Shown: positions 1 to 9,361, counted from the stretch's first letter. The stretch: 13,949 nucleotides of DNA from an uncultured Pirellulaceae bacterium (GCA_964398215.1 CAYNNP010000139.1:1-13949); one strand, 5' to 3'. The notes: generated by a model from the letters alone, not told the origin. Program-made: numbers and translations.

Positions 1-123
1 CAGGGCAAAGCAGTTTTCCAAACTGCTTGAAGTAGCTCGGCTCTCCGAGCCGAGAAATCGCCAGGTCTCGGCTGGGACAGCCGAGCTACTATGTTGCCTA
101 CCTTGAAAAGCTGATTTGCCCTG
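1..123. repeat. Cluster of three short stem-loops nested inside a 9-bp terminal inverted repeat (cagggcaaa at 1-9, tttgccctg at 115-123)
   Basis: Hairpin 1 is gcagttt-tcc-aaactgc (10-26). Hairpin 2 is ctcggctc-tcc-gagccgag (36-54). Hairpin 3 is ctcggctg-gga-cagccgag (67-85). Hairpins 2 and 3 are near-identical copies about 31 bp apart. An outer pair tagctcgg (33-40) / ccgagcta (81-88) encloses both. Everything was read directly from the sequence. Confidence 0.55.
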
Positions 124-893
124 TGACTGGCGGTTGCCCGATATTCTTCGTGTACTCGGCGCATGACGATAAAGTCGCTAGTGTTCATGTGCTTATATTC
201 CATTTTTGCCAAGCGGTGCGGAGCTTCGTCGTGGCCGAGCCCAAAATTGACTCGCTAGTTGATCCAACCTTTTTGTTTCGATTCCAGATTCCGTTGGCCA
301 AAGTAGCCTTGGGCTGGTCGCAAAAGGGCTTGCAGTTACCCGACAAATGCCAACTGCCATCGTTTGGCGAAATGGCGAATCGGCCGGTCTTTGCCGATGT
401 GCGAATGGGCTGGAACAAAACCGGTATCGGTATTCAAGTTTTAGTCAAAGGCAAGCGTCAGATGCCGTGGTGCCGTGACACGCGGCTGGACGAAAGTGAC
501 GGCATTCACGTATGGATTGATACACGCTGCAGTCCTGGTATTCATCGTGCCACGCAATTTTGCCATCGATTTTTGTGGATGCCCGTTGGCGGCGGGCCGC
601 GACGTGATCGGCCGATCGCGACACTCGTCCCCATCAACCGAGCTCGCCAAAACCCAAAGTCGATTCCCAGTGATGGGTTGAAGATTGCGGCAGCTCCCAA
701 ACACGATGGATATGCACTGTCAGGCTTCATTTCGGCGAGCGCATTGACTGGCTTTTCACCCGAAGACCAGCCCCGAATTGGGTTGTATTACGCTGTCGTG
801 GACCGGGAACTTGGTTGGCAAACGTTCTCGCTGGGTCCTGACTATCCAGTTGTAGAAGACCCCAGTTTGTGGGGTGAGGCTGTGCTCAGTTAA
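123..893 (+). CDS. Hypothetical protein (256 codons from a GTG start; the first in-frame ATG is at 372)
   Basis: It is the longest ORF in the region. Only short antisense ORFs compete on the other strand. The amino-acid composition looks protein-like (for example GLYYAVVDRELGWQTFSLGPDYPVVEDPSLW). There is no recognisable family motif and no SD. The GTG start overlaps the outer stem of the hairpin cluster, so the true start may lie downstream. An in-frame stop at 33-35 excludes extension beyond the window. Confidence 0.45.
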   Translation: MTGGCPIFFVYSAHDDKVASVHVLIFHFCQAVRSFVVAEPKIDSLVDPTFLFRFQIPLAKVALGWSQKGLQLPDKCQLPSFGEMANRPVFADVRMGWNKTGIGIQVLVKGKRQMPWCRDTRLDESDGIHVWIDTRCSPGIHRATQFCHRFLWMPVGGGPRRDRPIATLVPINRARQNPKSIPSDGLKIAAAPKHDGYALSGFISASALTGFSPEDQPRIGLYYAVVDRELGWQTFSLGPDYPVVEDPSLWGEAVLS

Positions 894-1091
894 GCCTCTT
901 TGAACGCCAGCCGAGAGCCAAGTCACGATTTCATCTGAAAAATGCGGGTTCTGAGCACATCTGCCAGTTACCTTTCGCGTCTTGATTTATAGAATTTGGG
1001 TAGTCTTGAAAGCCCAAATGATCGATACCATCGGTACAGTCTGTTCCCTAAGTAGCTGCGGCCAAGAAAAAATTAGCTTGCCAGAACCTAT

Positions 1092-2972
1092 ATGACCACC
1101 ACAACAAAGACGTCAAAGGACGTCCAATCTGTTTCCGGAATCACCGTTCGACTCGCTGGCGACTCCGGCGACGGGATGCAACTACTGGGAACACAGCTGA
1201 CAAACACCAGTGCACTTGCTGGCAATGATGTCGCAACATTCCCTGACTTCCCGGCCGAAATCCGTGCTCCCAAAGGAACTCGTGCTGGCGTCTCTGGCTT
1301 TCAAGTTCAATTTGCTAGCCAAGAAATCTTTACGCCCGGCGATACGCTGGACGCGCTCGTGGTGATGAACCCAGCTGCGATGGTCACCAATATCAGTGAC
1401 CTGCGGAAGGGCGGGATTTTGATCGCGAACGAAGACGGCTTCAATGACAAGGAATTCAAGTTGGCGAAGGTCGACGCGAATCCTTTAGAGGCCGACGTGA
1501 TCAACCAAGAGTACCGGGTCATCAAAGTCCAGATGACCAAGTTGACTCGTGAAGCTGTCAAAGAACACGGGCTTAGCACGAAAGTCGCTGACCGCTGCAA
1601 GAACTTTTTTGCAATGGGACTTGTCTACTGGTTGTTTGGCCGATCCCTGGACCCAACGCTCCGGTTCATCGAGAACAAATTTGGCAAGAAGCCAGAGCTT
1701 GCTGCGGCCAACATATCGGCGCTTCGCGCAGGCTGGGCGTATGGTGAAACCACCGAGGCTTTCGGTGAAAGTTATCAAGTTGACGCTGCTACGCTTGAGC
1801 CAGGCAACTACCGCAACATCATGGGCAACCAAGCATTGGCGTGGGGTTTGATCACTGCTTCAAAGCTTAGCGGCAAGGATCTGTTTTACGGCACTTACCC
1901 GATCACGCCTGCCAGCGACATTCTGCACGAACTGACGAAGTACAAGAATTTTTCTGTACGAACATTTCAAGCGGAAGACGAGATCGCTGCCGTGTGTTCT
2001 GCCATCGGCGCAGCGTTTGGCGGTGCAATGGGCGTGACCGCAAGTAGCGGTCCTGGCATCGCACTCAAAGGCGAAGCGATGGGACTGGGGATGATTTTAG
2101 AATTGCCCATGATCATCGTGAACGTACAGCGCGGGGGTCCTAGCACTGGGCTGCCAACCAAGACCGAGCAGAGTGATTTGCTGCAAAGTATGTTTGGCCG
2201 GAACGGTGAATCGCCACTTCCGATCTTGGCGCCGCGATCACCCGGCGATTGCTTTGACATGGCGATCGAAGCTTGGCGATTGGCGACCGAATGCATGGTT
2301 CCTGTGATCTTGCTGTCCGATGGATACATTGCAAACGGTAGCGAACCGTGGAAGATCCCAGAGATGAGTTCGTTGCCAGCGATTCCGGTTTCGCACCCAG
2401 AGGGAGCGGACCCGTCGGAGCCGTTCATGCCTTACGCGCGTGACGAAAACCTGGCCAGACCGTGGGCAATTCCCGGCACCGAAGGCTTAATGCACCGCGT
2501 TGGTGGGCTAGAGAAAGAAGACTTGACTGGTAATGTCAGCTACGACCCTGACAACCACCAAAAGATGACGGATCTGCGGCAAGCGAAAATTGCAAAGATC
2601 GCAGAACGTATTCCCGAGCAGGATGTGTTTGGCGAAACATCGGGAGACGTCTTGGTCGTTTCATGGGGCGGAACTTATGGTGCATGTCATACCGCTGTCC
2701 AGCGTTGCCAAGAAAACGGCAAGAGTGTCAGCCATGCTCATATCCGCTATATGAATCCGCTGCCGTCCAATATTGGCGAACTGCTGAAATCGTTCCGCAC
2801 AGTTTTGGTTCCCGAACTGAACATGGGACAACTTCGCTTGCTACTACGATCAGAGTTCTTGGTCGACTGCGTTGGCATCAACAAAGTCAAAGGCAAGCCG
2901 TTCACAGTTGGCGAACTGGTCGACGGCATCGAAGAACATCTTAGTGTTATCACTACCAAGGCGGCGGGATAA
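1092..2972 (+). CDS. korA: 2-oxoacid (2-oxoglutarate/pyruvate-type):ferredoxin oxidoreductase, alpha subunit with fused N-terminal gamma domain (626 aa)
   Basis: The N-terminal gamma-domain signature ITVRLAGDSGDGMQLLG is present, followed by an alpha domain (GTYPITPASDILHEL, GPGIALKGE). Its length is typical of the two-subunit KorA type. It sits immediately upstream of a TPP-binding beta subunit. The substrate (2-oxoglutarate versus another 2-oxoacid) cannot be fixed from sequence alone. Confidence 0.9.
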   Translation: MTTTTKTSKDVQSVSGITVRLAGDSGDGMQLLGTQLTNTSALAGNDVATFPDFPAEIRAPKGTRAGVSGFQVQFASQEIFTPGDTLDALVVMNPAAMVTNISDLRKGGILIANEDGFNDKEFKLAKVDANPLEADVINQEYRVIKVQMTKLTREAVKEHGLSTKVADRCKNFFAMGLVYWLFGRSLDPTLRFIENKFGKKPELAAANISALRAGWAYGETTEAFGESYQVDAATLEPGNYRNIMGNQALAWGLITASKLSGKDLFYGTYPITPASDILHELTKYKNFSVRTFQAEDEIAAVCSAIGAAFGGAMGVTASSGPGIALKGEAMGLGMILELPMIIVNVQRGGPSTGLPTKTEQSDLLQSMFGRNGESPLPILAPRSPGDCFDMAIEAWRLATECMVPVILLSDGYIANGSEPWKIPEMSSLPAIPVSHPEGADPSEPFMPYARDENLARPWAIPGTEGLMHRVGGLEKEDLTGNVSYDPDNHQKMTDLRQAKIAKIAERIPEQDVFGETSGDVLVVSWGGTYGACHTAVQRCQENGKSVSHAHIRYMNPLPSNIGELLKSFRTVLVPELNMGQLRLLLRSEFLVDCVGINKVKGKPFTVGELVDGIEEHLSVITTKAAG

Positions 2973-3036
2973 ACCGCACGCATCATTTAGTATCCCTTTT
3001 CAAACGAACAACTGACTCTCAATTCATTCCGACGCC

Positions 3037-4044
3037 ATGTCTCTTCCTGTATTAAAAGCATCTGATTTTGCATCCGACCAAGACATCCGATGGTGTCCTG
3101 GATGCGGCGACTATTCGATTTTGGCACAGATGAAAAAGGTCTTGCCTGACCTGGGTGTGCCTCGCGAAAAGATCGTATTTATCAGCGGCATTGGATGCAG
3201 CAGTCGTTTTCCGTACTACATGAATACGTACGGCATGCACAGCATTCACGGACGCGCGCCGACTTTTGCAACTGGATTGAAATCAACGCGCCCCGATTTG
3301 ATGGTCTGGGTAATCACAGGTGACGGCGACGCTCTTTCGATCGGCGGGAATCACTTCATTCATGCTTTGCGTCGTAACGTCGACGTGAATATCGTCTTGT
3401 TCAATAACCGCATCTATGGATTGACCAAGGGACAATACAGCCCGACCAGCGAGCATGGAAAAGTAACCAAGAGTACGCCGATGGGATCGATTGACCATCC
3501 GCTCAGTCCGCTCTCGGTTGCTTTGGCCGCAGAAGCAACATTTGTTGCCCGTAGTATGGATGCACACGTCAAGCACTTAGGCGAAACGCTCAAGCGAGCG
3601 AGCGCACACAAAGGCACTTCGCTGGTCGAGGTTTACCAAAACTGCAATGTGTTCAATGACGGTGCGATGGCTTACGCCCAAGAAAAGAAGCAGCGTCCAG
3701 AAAACGTTGTAGAACTCCAGCATGGCAAACCGCTCGTGTTTGCTGGCGGCGAGAAGGGTGTTCGGTTGGTCGGCACACGACTGGAAGTGGTCAATACTGC
3801 TGATGTACCTGCGGACGATCTGCTGATTCATGACGAAAAGGATCCGAACCCTTCGATCCAAATGATGCTAGCCCGAATGCGCTATCCAGAAATGCCAGAA
3901 CCGATCGGGGTTCTGCGAGCCGTTGAAGGCGTGCCAACTTACGACGAACAAATCAATTCGCAGGTCACATCTGCGGTCGCCAATCAAGGCGAAGGTGATT
4001 TGAGCAAGTTGTTCAACGCCGGCGAGACCTGGACCGTTTCCTAA
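3037..4044 (+). CDS. korB: 2-oxoacid:ferredoxin oxidoreductase, beta subunit (TPP-binding, 335 aa)
   Basis: The N-terminal cysteine motif RWCPGCGDYSI and GIGCSSRFPYY are present. The TPP-binding signature is GDGDALSIGGNHFIHALRRNVDVNIVLFNNRIYGLTKGQ. It lies 64 bp downstream of korA on the same strand. Confidence 0.9.
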   Translation: MSLPVLKASDFASDQDIRWCPGCGDYSILAQMKKVLPDLGVPREKIVFISGIGCSSRFPYYMNTYGMHSIHGRAPTFATGLKSTRPDLMVWVITGDGDALSIGGNHFIHALRRNVDVNIVLFNNRIYGLTKGQYSPTSEHGKVTKSTPMGSIDHPLSPLSVALAAEATFVARSMDAHVKHLGETLKRASAHKGTSLVEVYQNCNVFNDGAMAYAQEKKQRPENVVELQHGKPLVFAGGEKGVRLVGTRLEVVNTADVPADDLLIHDEKDPNPSIQMMLARMRYPEMPEPIGVLRAVEGVPTYDEQINSQVTSAVANQGEGDLSKLFNAGETWTVS

Positions 4045-4111
4045 TCAGGCCGTAGCCGGAGTCGCCAGACTTCGGGCTTCAACCAACCAGCCTGAATTCT
4101 GGCGAATCCAG

Positions 4112-7100
4112 CTACTGCTTGTTGGGGCCGCCTGAGTTGTCGAAGGTTGTTTCGATCTCGCGGTAGTTTGCCAGCATGTCGTCTAGCTGTCCTCGCAGTT
4201 TGTCGAGGTCGCGGCCGTTGTCCAGCGATTCGGCCAGGATCGGACGGAGCCATTCTTGCATCAAGTGAAATTGGCCTTTGATCAAGTCTGCCAAGACTCG
4301 AGGCACCTTGTGCTGCACGAACACCTTTTGGTCTGGCGGTGTCAGAGCCTGTTGCTCGCTGATTTTTTGCAGTTGTTGGCCGGTCTTTCCTAGCGTCTGT
4401 GACAACTGTTCGCCTGAGCTAACCAGACTTTGCCGGAGCGAGTCTAGCCGAGCATCCATTCGTTCTTCGGCGCCGTCGTCGCGGGTTGCGATCGCTTTGC
4501 TGATCACGCTGCGAATCGATTCCAATCCGTCTCGCATCGCTCCCAGTTGACGCATCAGCTGAGCGGCTTGGTCTTCGTTGTCCATGCCAGCCATGCGAAC
4601 GCTTTCGACATACGCATACTTGATCGAATCCCAACGCTCTTGTTCTTCTGGCGTCAGGATGCCCATCAGTTCCTTGAACTTCAAAACGTTGGCTTCATTA
4701 TCGGTTGTCAACGTTTGAGCGTCTTGTTCGTAGCTGCCGATGATCAGCGTTTGAAGCTCGGAATCGTTCATGACACCAGCGACTTTCTCTGCCATCCGAT
4801 TCATATTCCGGTACGAACCCTGCAGCTTGAACGGCGGTTCGGTTCGGTACGCGTCGGCCTGCGCGGCACTGCGAATGTAAGCCCTGTTGACCCGAAGAAC
4901 GACATCGCGAACGCGAAGCAGTTTTCGCATCACTTCGTACATCTCGCGAACTTCGTCCATCGAAATATTGCTTTCCAGCTCAAGGCCTTCCATTGAATCT
5001 CGCTGAGCAGCCATGACGATCGCGCGAGCGTCTTCTGGCGGAGCGTTGGACAATGGTGCGAGCGTACGGTTGCTGGTCAAGCAATTTTCCAGGTAACTCA
5101 TCTCAAATGCGTCTGCCGAATCGCCAATGATCTCGCCTAAGTTGTAGACATCGGCACGGTTCGACAGCATATCGGGAATCTGAAAACGGTCGCCGCTTTC
5201 AGTGTACGGGTTGCCCGCCATGACGACGGCGACGCGGCGGCCACGCAAATCATAGGTCCGCGTTTTGCCGTTGCGGACGCCTTCGATTTTTCGCGTGGCA
5301 TCACACAGAGAGATAAACTTTTGCAGCAATTCTGGATTCGTGTGCTGAATATCATCCAAGTACAGCATCACATTGTCGCCCATTTCCAAGGCCAGATTCA
5401 ATCGCTCGATTTCTTCGCGAGCCGCCGCATTGGGCGCTTCGGACGGATCCAGCGAAGTCACCGCGTGTCCGATCGCAGGACCATTGATCTTCATGAATAC
5501 CACGCCCAAACGATTGGCGATGTACTCCATCAGAGTCGTTTTACCGTACCCTGGCGGCGAGATTAGCAGCAGCAAACCCATTCGGTCAGTACGCTTGTCT
5601 TCGCCCGCTGACCCCATTTGTTTGGCAAGGTTGTCACCAATCATTGGCAAGTAAACTTCGTCCAGCAAACGGTTCCGCACAAAGCTAGTCAGCACCCGCG
5701 GTTTGAATTCGTCCAACCGCATGTCTTCGCGTGACGTTTCGACGACATGCGCCTTTGTCTCTTGAAGCAAGCGATATCGGGGCACGACGTCTTCGCTGAA
5801 ATGCTGAACTCGGCGGATCAAATCGTGATAGTGCAATGCATACTTGCCGCTTTGGATCACGCCGTGGCTCCCAGCCATGCCTGTTAATTCGGCAGCGACA
5901 GCGGCATCGGCAACGCGGAACGAAGTGGTCGCTCCGGCTTGGATGATCATCGCTAATTCGTCGCGGTAGGCTGCAATCGGGTCGACATCACTGCCGGCTT
6001 CGTGCGTTTGGATGAAAGCATCGGCCCAGTTCCGAGCCAAAATGAAGCCACGTACAGGATCTGTGTCAGCGCTCTTGATCGCTCCGGTCAACAACTTTGA
6101 TCGTTCGGCATCGGGGATCGAATCAATAAATTTGCCAAACAACTTTTTCGCGCGACCACTGATAACTGTCTTTTTGGGTGTCGCAATCAGCTGATCGAAC
6201 AGGTACTCCGACAGCCGTGCTGTATTCACGTCGCGCCCAAAGACGTTTTGCAGATCGTCGATATGTTGTTCCACCAATTCCGTCAGTCGGCTGCGGAATT
6301 CGACAGCGGGCTTGGCATGCGGATAGGCTTTGGCAAGTTTCGCAAACCCACCGATCCAATCCGTCATCGCTTTGCGTTCTTTGGCTGGCAAAAGACGATT
6401 GAACCACAACAATGCGGCCGCTCGCAATGTTGGTGTGTATTTCAAGAGCCCAATGGATTCGTCGATTTCGACCAGGCCCTGCAAAATCAGAGCCGCGTCA
6501 TGATCGTGGACGCCTTTCGCGTACCCTTCCTCGAACCGGCCACCGATTTTTGTTTGTACATAGCTCGCGTCGATCGCGGTTGGGTCCAGCTTTTCGCCAT
6601 CGGAGCGGGCGGCGTTGAAAAGATCGACGGCCAAGTACTCCGCGCGATAAACTTCGGCGTTCTCGCTAACGAGTTCCTGATTCCAGAGCTCTTTGGCATC
6701 CACCAAGGCGGCTTCATGGATCGCTTCAAAGAACTGGGTGCCTGTAAGGTGCAAGCACATTTCACCGCCACGAACGACGGTCGTCAAATCCAACGGTTGT
6801 GTATTGACGGCGAATCGTTGTGTACCAAGACGGATGATATCGCCGCCATCCTCGTACAAGTCCTGGCGGTCTTTTAGTTGCCGTGTCGCGTCCTCACGAA
6901 TCGTCTTCATCCGACTCTGAAGATCTTCAACGCGCACTGCGTCGTCCAGGTCTTGCAACTGATCGATGATGTCGCGAACCTTTTCGACCATCAAGTCGCC
7001 AGCGAAATACGCGGCAATCTCGTCGGCCGACTCCATGTTCCCGACGCGTGTATTGATGCCCTTTAGGATTCGATTGGCCGCTGAAGCCAATGACTCGGCG

Positions 7101-9361
7101 CGGCGATTACGTTTCTCCACCAAGGCGACTTTACGAGACTCAAAGGCCGCGTAGACCTCTTCGCGCCGGGTGGCTAGCTGGATCACGAACTCGTCGAACT
7201 CAGCGAATCGGCCCTCCAGTTCTTCTAGTTGAACCATGACCTTGGTCAGGTATTCATCGCATCGTTCCGGAGAATCGCAAACGTCCAGGTACCCCGACGT
7301 GGTTTGTTCCAGCAGTTTTAGCTGGGAGGCAAACTCTGCTTGGCCCTCGACACTGACCAATTCGGTCACGCGTGCTTTCAATCCACTTCGGACACGATTC
7401 AATGAAGCGAAGACGTCACCGATCGCGTCGATGATTTCGGTTCGCTTGGTTGCGTCGTCAATCCGCAAGTTACTGACGGTCTCAGTCAGTAACTCCAGTT
7501 GCGATCCAGCGGTGTCAATTTCTTCTTCCAAGACCTTTGCCTCGGCAACGGTCGCGACCGTATCGATTTTGCCGCTCGCTTCAGCCACGCGTTCGGAATA
7601 CGGATCCAGGGCTCCTGGAGTCAGCAAGAAATCAACGCATCGCCGACTCAATCGTTCACTGCGCTCGGCGGTTTCTTTCTCCAAAGATTCCACGATCGCA
7701 AGATCGACGTAACGCAGTTCCTTTAAACCCAGCGCATGGCCACGCTGCTCTCGCAGTTGGGCCAACGAGCCAACGAAATCATCGATCGACTCGAATCGGC
7801 TGCGTTCAATGCTCTTGATCAGTTCGGCGATCGCGGTTTTGACTTCACCAGTTCGTTTTTTGGTGTCACGACGAACGCGGGTCACTTTTTCGAATTCTTC
7901 GACAGCAGCGTTGGCTGCTTCGCGAATTTTCGTCAGCGGAATCGCAAGGTTCTCGGTTTCGTCTTTGTTGATCCAGAAAAAGCTGTCCAACAGATCCGAC
8001 GCCTTTTTGGACAAGTCCACGTACAGCCCGTCGTAACTATCGTCCTTGTCGATCAACTGCAGCAGTTCGCTACACTCGGCCATTCCCGCAACGATTTCTT
8101 TATTGCCGATTTTGAACAGCAGTGAATCGGTTTGATTGTCGGGATTGAAGTCCGCGCCGGTGAACGGCGTTTGCCAAATCTGAATCGCGTGATGTTTCTG
8201 CGCATCCTCTTGCGACTTGAAACACACCATTTCGCCCGCTTCAAAAAACGTTTGCCCGTGGCAGACCAGCGGTGTTTCGACCGTCTGCTTGATCACGTTG
8301 TAACGAAGCTGTGCGTACGTACCGGACTCGGGCGTATAGAAAAGGTACAAGTAGTCTTCGCCGTTGGGTGACGCGACGGTACGCTGGAAACGCATGTCGG
8401 TCAAACCGTGATCGAACCGCTTGAACTCGCCCGTCTGCAAGTAATATCCGCCTGGGAAAATCAAGCCTTGGTCGCCGGGCAACATCACGCACGATTGTTC
8501 GATCTCGTCCAGTCTCATCGCCTGCTGGATCTTGCCGTTGTAAACCAAGTATCGTGTTTTTTCTTCTTGATACGGTTTCATCTTCAGCAAAACCAGATTG
8601 CCGATGATCGCATAATGGATCTCGGCATCGTCCAGCGTTTGATCAGGATGGTCGACCGGTTCGGCGTAAATACCTTCGCCGGAATCCGTGTTGTTTTCGA
8701 CCTTCACGGTCAAATCGCCGCCAACCGTTTCGACAAACACGATGTCATCGATCGAAATGTGAGGGTGCGAACCGTAGCGATGTTGATCGCGAGTCGTTCG
8801 TGTCCAGCGAAACTCGTGCTGAGCCGGTTCTTTGACTTCGTGATCGCTGCGATTGTCGATGTATTCGATTTCAGTCGGTGTCACGCGCCATTTAAACGTC
8901 TTGATGTCGTTGGCGGTCTTTCCGACTTGGAAAACCATGTGCAGCATTGGTCCGCTGCGATAGAACCGACTGAACGTCGTGCCTTTATAAAAGCGATACA
9001 GTTCGTCAAAGTCGCTGCTGAATTTGTCGTCACCGATCAATTCAAGCGTGTCGGTGTGGAATTGGTTGTCGGCGAATCGATAAGCCGAAAACACATCAGC
9101 GACGTTGATGTCGGTTTTCAAGCCGAATTGAACGTTGTACCCGAACAGAAATCGGTCGCCAATGGAAACCAAGTCGCGCGGGATGCAATTGTGCTCAGTC
9201 GAAACGCGTTCGGTGGAAAGCAGTTTGGTTTCGATATTGCCGAAAACATCGGCGCGAGCCAAGTTTAACTTGGCAAGCCGTTCACGCAAATCATTCGACG
9301 CATCGCGAAGACGATTGCGCAGTACTTCGTAGGTGCCGGCAGCAAGTTGTGATTCGGACAT
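4112..9361 (-). CDS. Giant (1749 aa) soluble protein with a single AAA+ ATPase core (MoxR/RuvB-like motifs) between large N- and C-terminal non-ATPase regions
   Basis: This is a continuous 5.25-kb ORF. Walker A is LLLLISPPGYGKTTL (K at about residue 1274, nt about 5534-5560). Walker B is NVMLYLDDIQHTNPELLQKFISLCDA (D1336/D1337, nt 5351-5356). Sensor-1 is RRVAVVMAGNP. The arginine-finger region is SGDRFQIPDMLSNRADVY. Residues about 60-440 look beta-rich. Residues about 450-1250 are long and helical. The C-terminal 250 residues look Q/L-rich and coiled-coil-like. No hydrophobic transmembrane segment is seen. No protease-like or nuclease-like motif is recognised. Confidence 0.85.
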   Translation of the reverse strand: MSESQLAAGTYEVLRNRLRDASNDLRERLAKLNLARADVFGNIETKLLSTERVSTEHNCIPRDLVSIGDRFLFGYNVQFGLKTDINVADVFSAYRFADNQFHTDTLELIGDDKFSSDFDELYRFYKGTTFSRFYRSGPMLHMVFQVGKTANDIKTFKWRVTPTEIEYIDNRSDHEVKEPAQHEFRWTRTTRDQHRYGSHPHISIDDIVFVETVGGDLTVKVENNTDSGEGIYAEPVDHPDQTLDDAEIHYAIIGNLVLLKMKPYQEEKTRYLVYNGKIQQAMRLDEIEQSCVMLPGDQGLIFPGGYYLQTGEFKRFDHGLTDMRFQRTVASPNGEDYLYLFYTPESGTYAQLRYNVIKQTVETPLVCHGQTFFEAGEMVCFKSQEDAQKHHAIQIWQTPFTGADFNPDNQTDSLLFKIGNKEIVAGMAECSELLQLIDKDDSYDGLYVDLSKKASDLLDSFFWINKDETENLAIPLTKIREAANAAVEEFEKVTRVRRDTKKRTGEVKTAIAELIKSIERSRFESIDDFVGSLAQLREQRGHALGLKELRYVDLAIVESLEKETAERSERLSRRCVDFLLTPGALDPYSERVAEASGKIDTVATVAEAKVLEEEIDTAGSQLELLTETVSNLRIDDATKRTEIIDAIGDVFASLNRVRSGLKARVTELVSVEGQAEFASQLKLLEQTTSGYLDVCDSPERCDEYLTKVMVQLEELEGRFAEFDEFVIQLATRREEVYAAFESRKVALVEKRNRRAESLASAANRILKGINTRVGNMESADEIAAYFAGDLMVEKVRDIIDQLQDLDDAVRVEDLQSRMKTIREDATRQLKDRQDLYEDGGDIIRLGTQRFAVNTQPLDLTTVVRGGEMCLHLTGTQFFEAIHEAALVDAKELWNQELVSENAEVYRAEYLAVDLFNAARSDGEKLDPTAIDASYVQTKIGGRFEEGYAKGVHDHDAALILQGLVEIDESIGLLKYTPTLRAAALLWFNRLLPAKERKAMTDWIGGFAKLAKAYPHAKPAVEFRSRLTELVEQHIDDLQNVFGRDVNTARLSEYLFDQLIATPKKTVISGRAKKLFGKFIDSIPDAERSKLLTGAIKSADTDPVRGFILARNWADAFIQTHEAGSDVDPIAAYRDELAMIIQAGATTSFRVADAAVAAELTGMAGSHGVIQSGKYALHYHDLIRRVQHFSEDVVPRYRLLQETKAHVVETSREDMRLDEFKPRVLTSFVRNRLLDEVYLPMIGDNLAKQMGSAGEDKRTDRMGLLLLISPPGYGKTTLMEYIANRLGVVFMKINGPAIGHAVTSLDPSEAPNAAAREEIERLNLALEMGDNVMLYLDDIQHTNPELLQKFISLCDATRKIEGVRNGKTRTYDLRGRRVAVVMAGNPYTESGDRFQIPDMLSNRADVYNLGEIIGDSADAFEMSYLENCLTSNRTLAPLSNAPPEDARAIVMAAQRDSMEGLELESNISMDEVREMYEVMRKLLRVRDVVLRVNRAYIRSAAQADAYRTEPPFKLQGSYRNMNRMAEKVAGVMNDSELQTLIIGSYEQDAQTLTTDNEANVLKFKELMGILTPEEQERWDSIKYAYVESVRMAGMDNEDQAAQLMRQLGAMRDGLESIRSVISKAIATRDDGAEERMDARLDSLRQSLVSSGEQLSQTLGKTGQQLQKISEQQALTPPDQKVFVQHKVPRVLADLIKGQFHLMQEWLRPILAESLDNGRDLDKLRGQLDDMLANYREIETTFDNSGGPNKQ

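Noticed and set aside
33-88. Possible CRISPR-like repeat (two similar palindromic units about 31 bp apart)
   Set aside because: There are only two units. The spacing is far too short for spacers. There is no array and no cas genes. Palindromic REP-like units fit better.
894-1091. Sigma-70-like promoter upstream of korA (TTGAAA at 1006-1011; TACAGT at 1035-1040)
   Set aside because: The spacing is 23 bp. No candidate has both hexamers at 16-18 bp. It is too weak to report as a feature.
1307-2428. Minus-strand ORFs (97, 115, 153, 64 aa) inside korA
   Set aside because: They are antisense to a confidently assigned KorA reading frame.
4045-4111. Bidirectional intrinsic terminator between convergent korB and the giant gene
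   Set aside because: Only weak 4-bp stems (ccag/ctgg around gaattc) are present and there is no U-tract. I did not call it.
4547-9268. Long plus-strand ORFs antisense to the giant gene (for example 8408..9268 286 aa, 6248..6877 209 aa, 7236..7712 158 aa, 4547..4996 149 aa, 7736..8125 129 aa)
   Set aside because: They lie entirely within the 5.25-kb minus-strand ORF, which has coherent AAA+ motifs. They are open antisense frames of a long GC-rich gene. They lack SDs and have unprotein-like composition.
4112-9361. Lon/Clp-type protease assignment for the giant ATPase
   Set aside because: No serine-lysine dyad protease domain or ClpP-interaction loop is recognisable. The Walker B/helix-2 context (DDIQH...LLQKF) looks MoxR/RuvB-like. 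I kept the generic AAA+ call.
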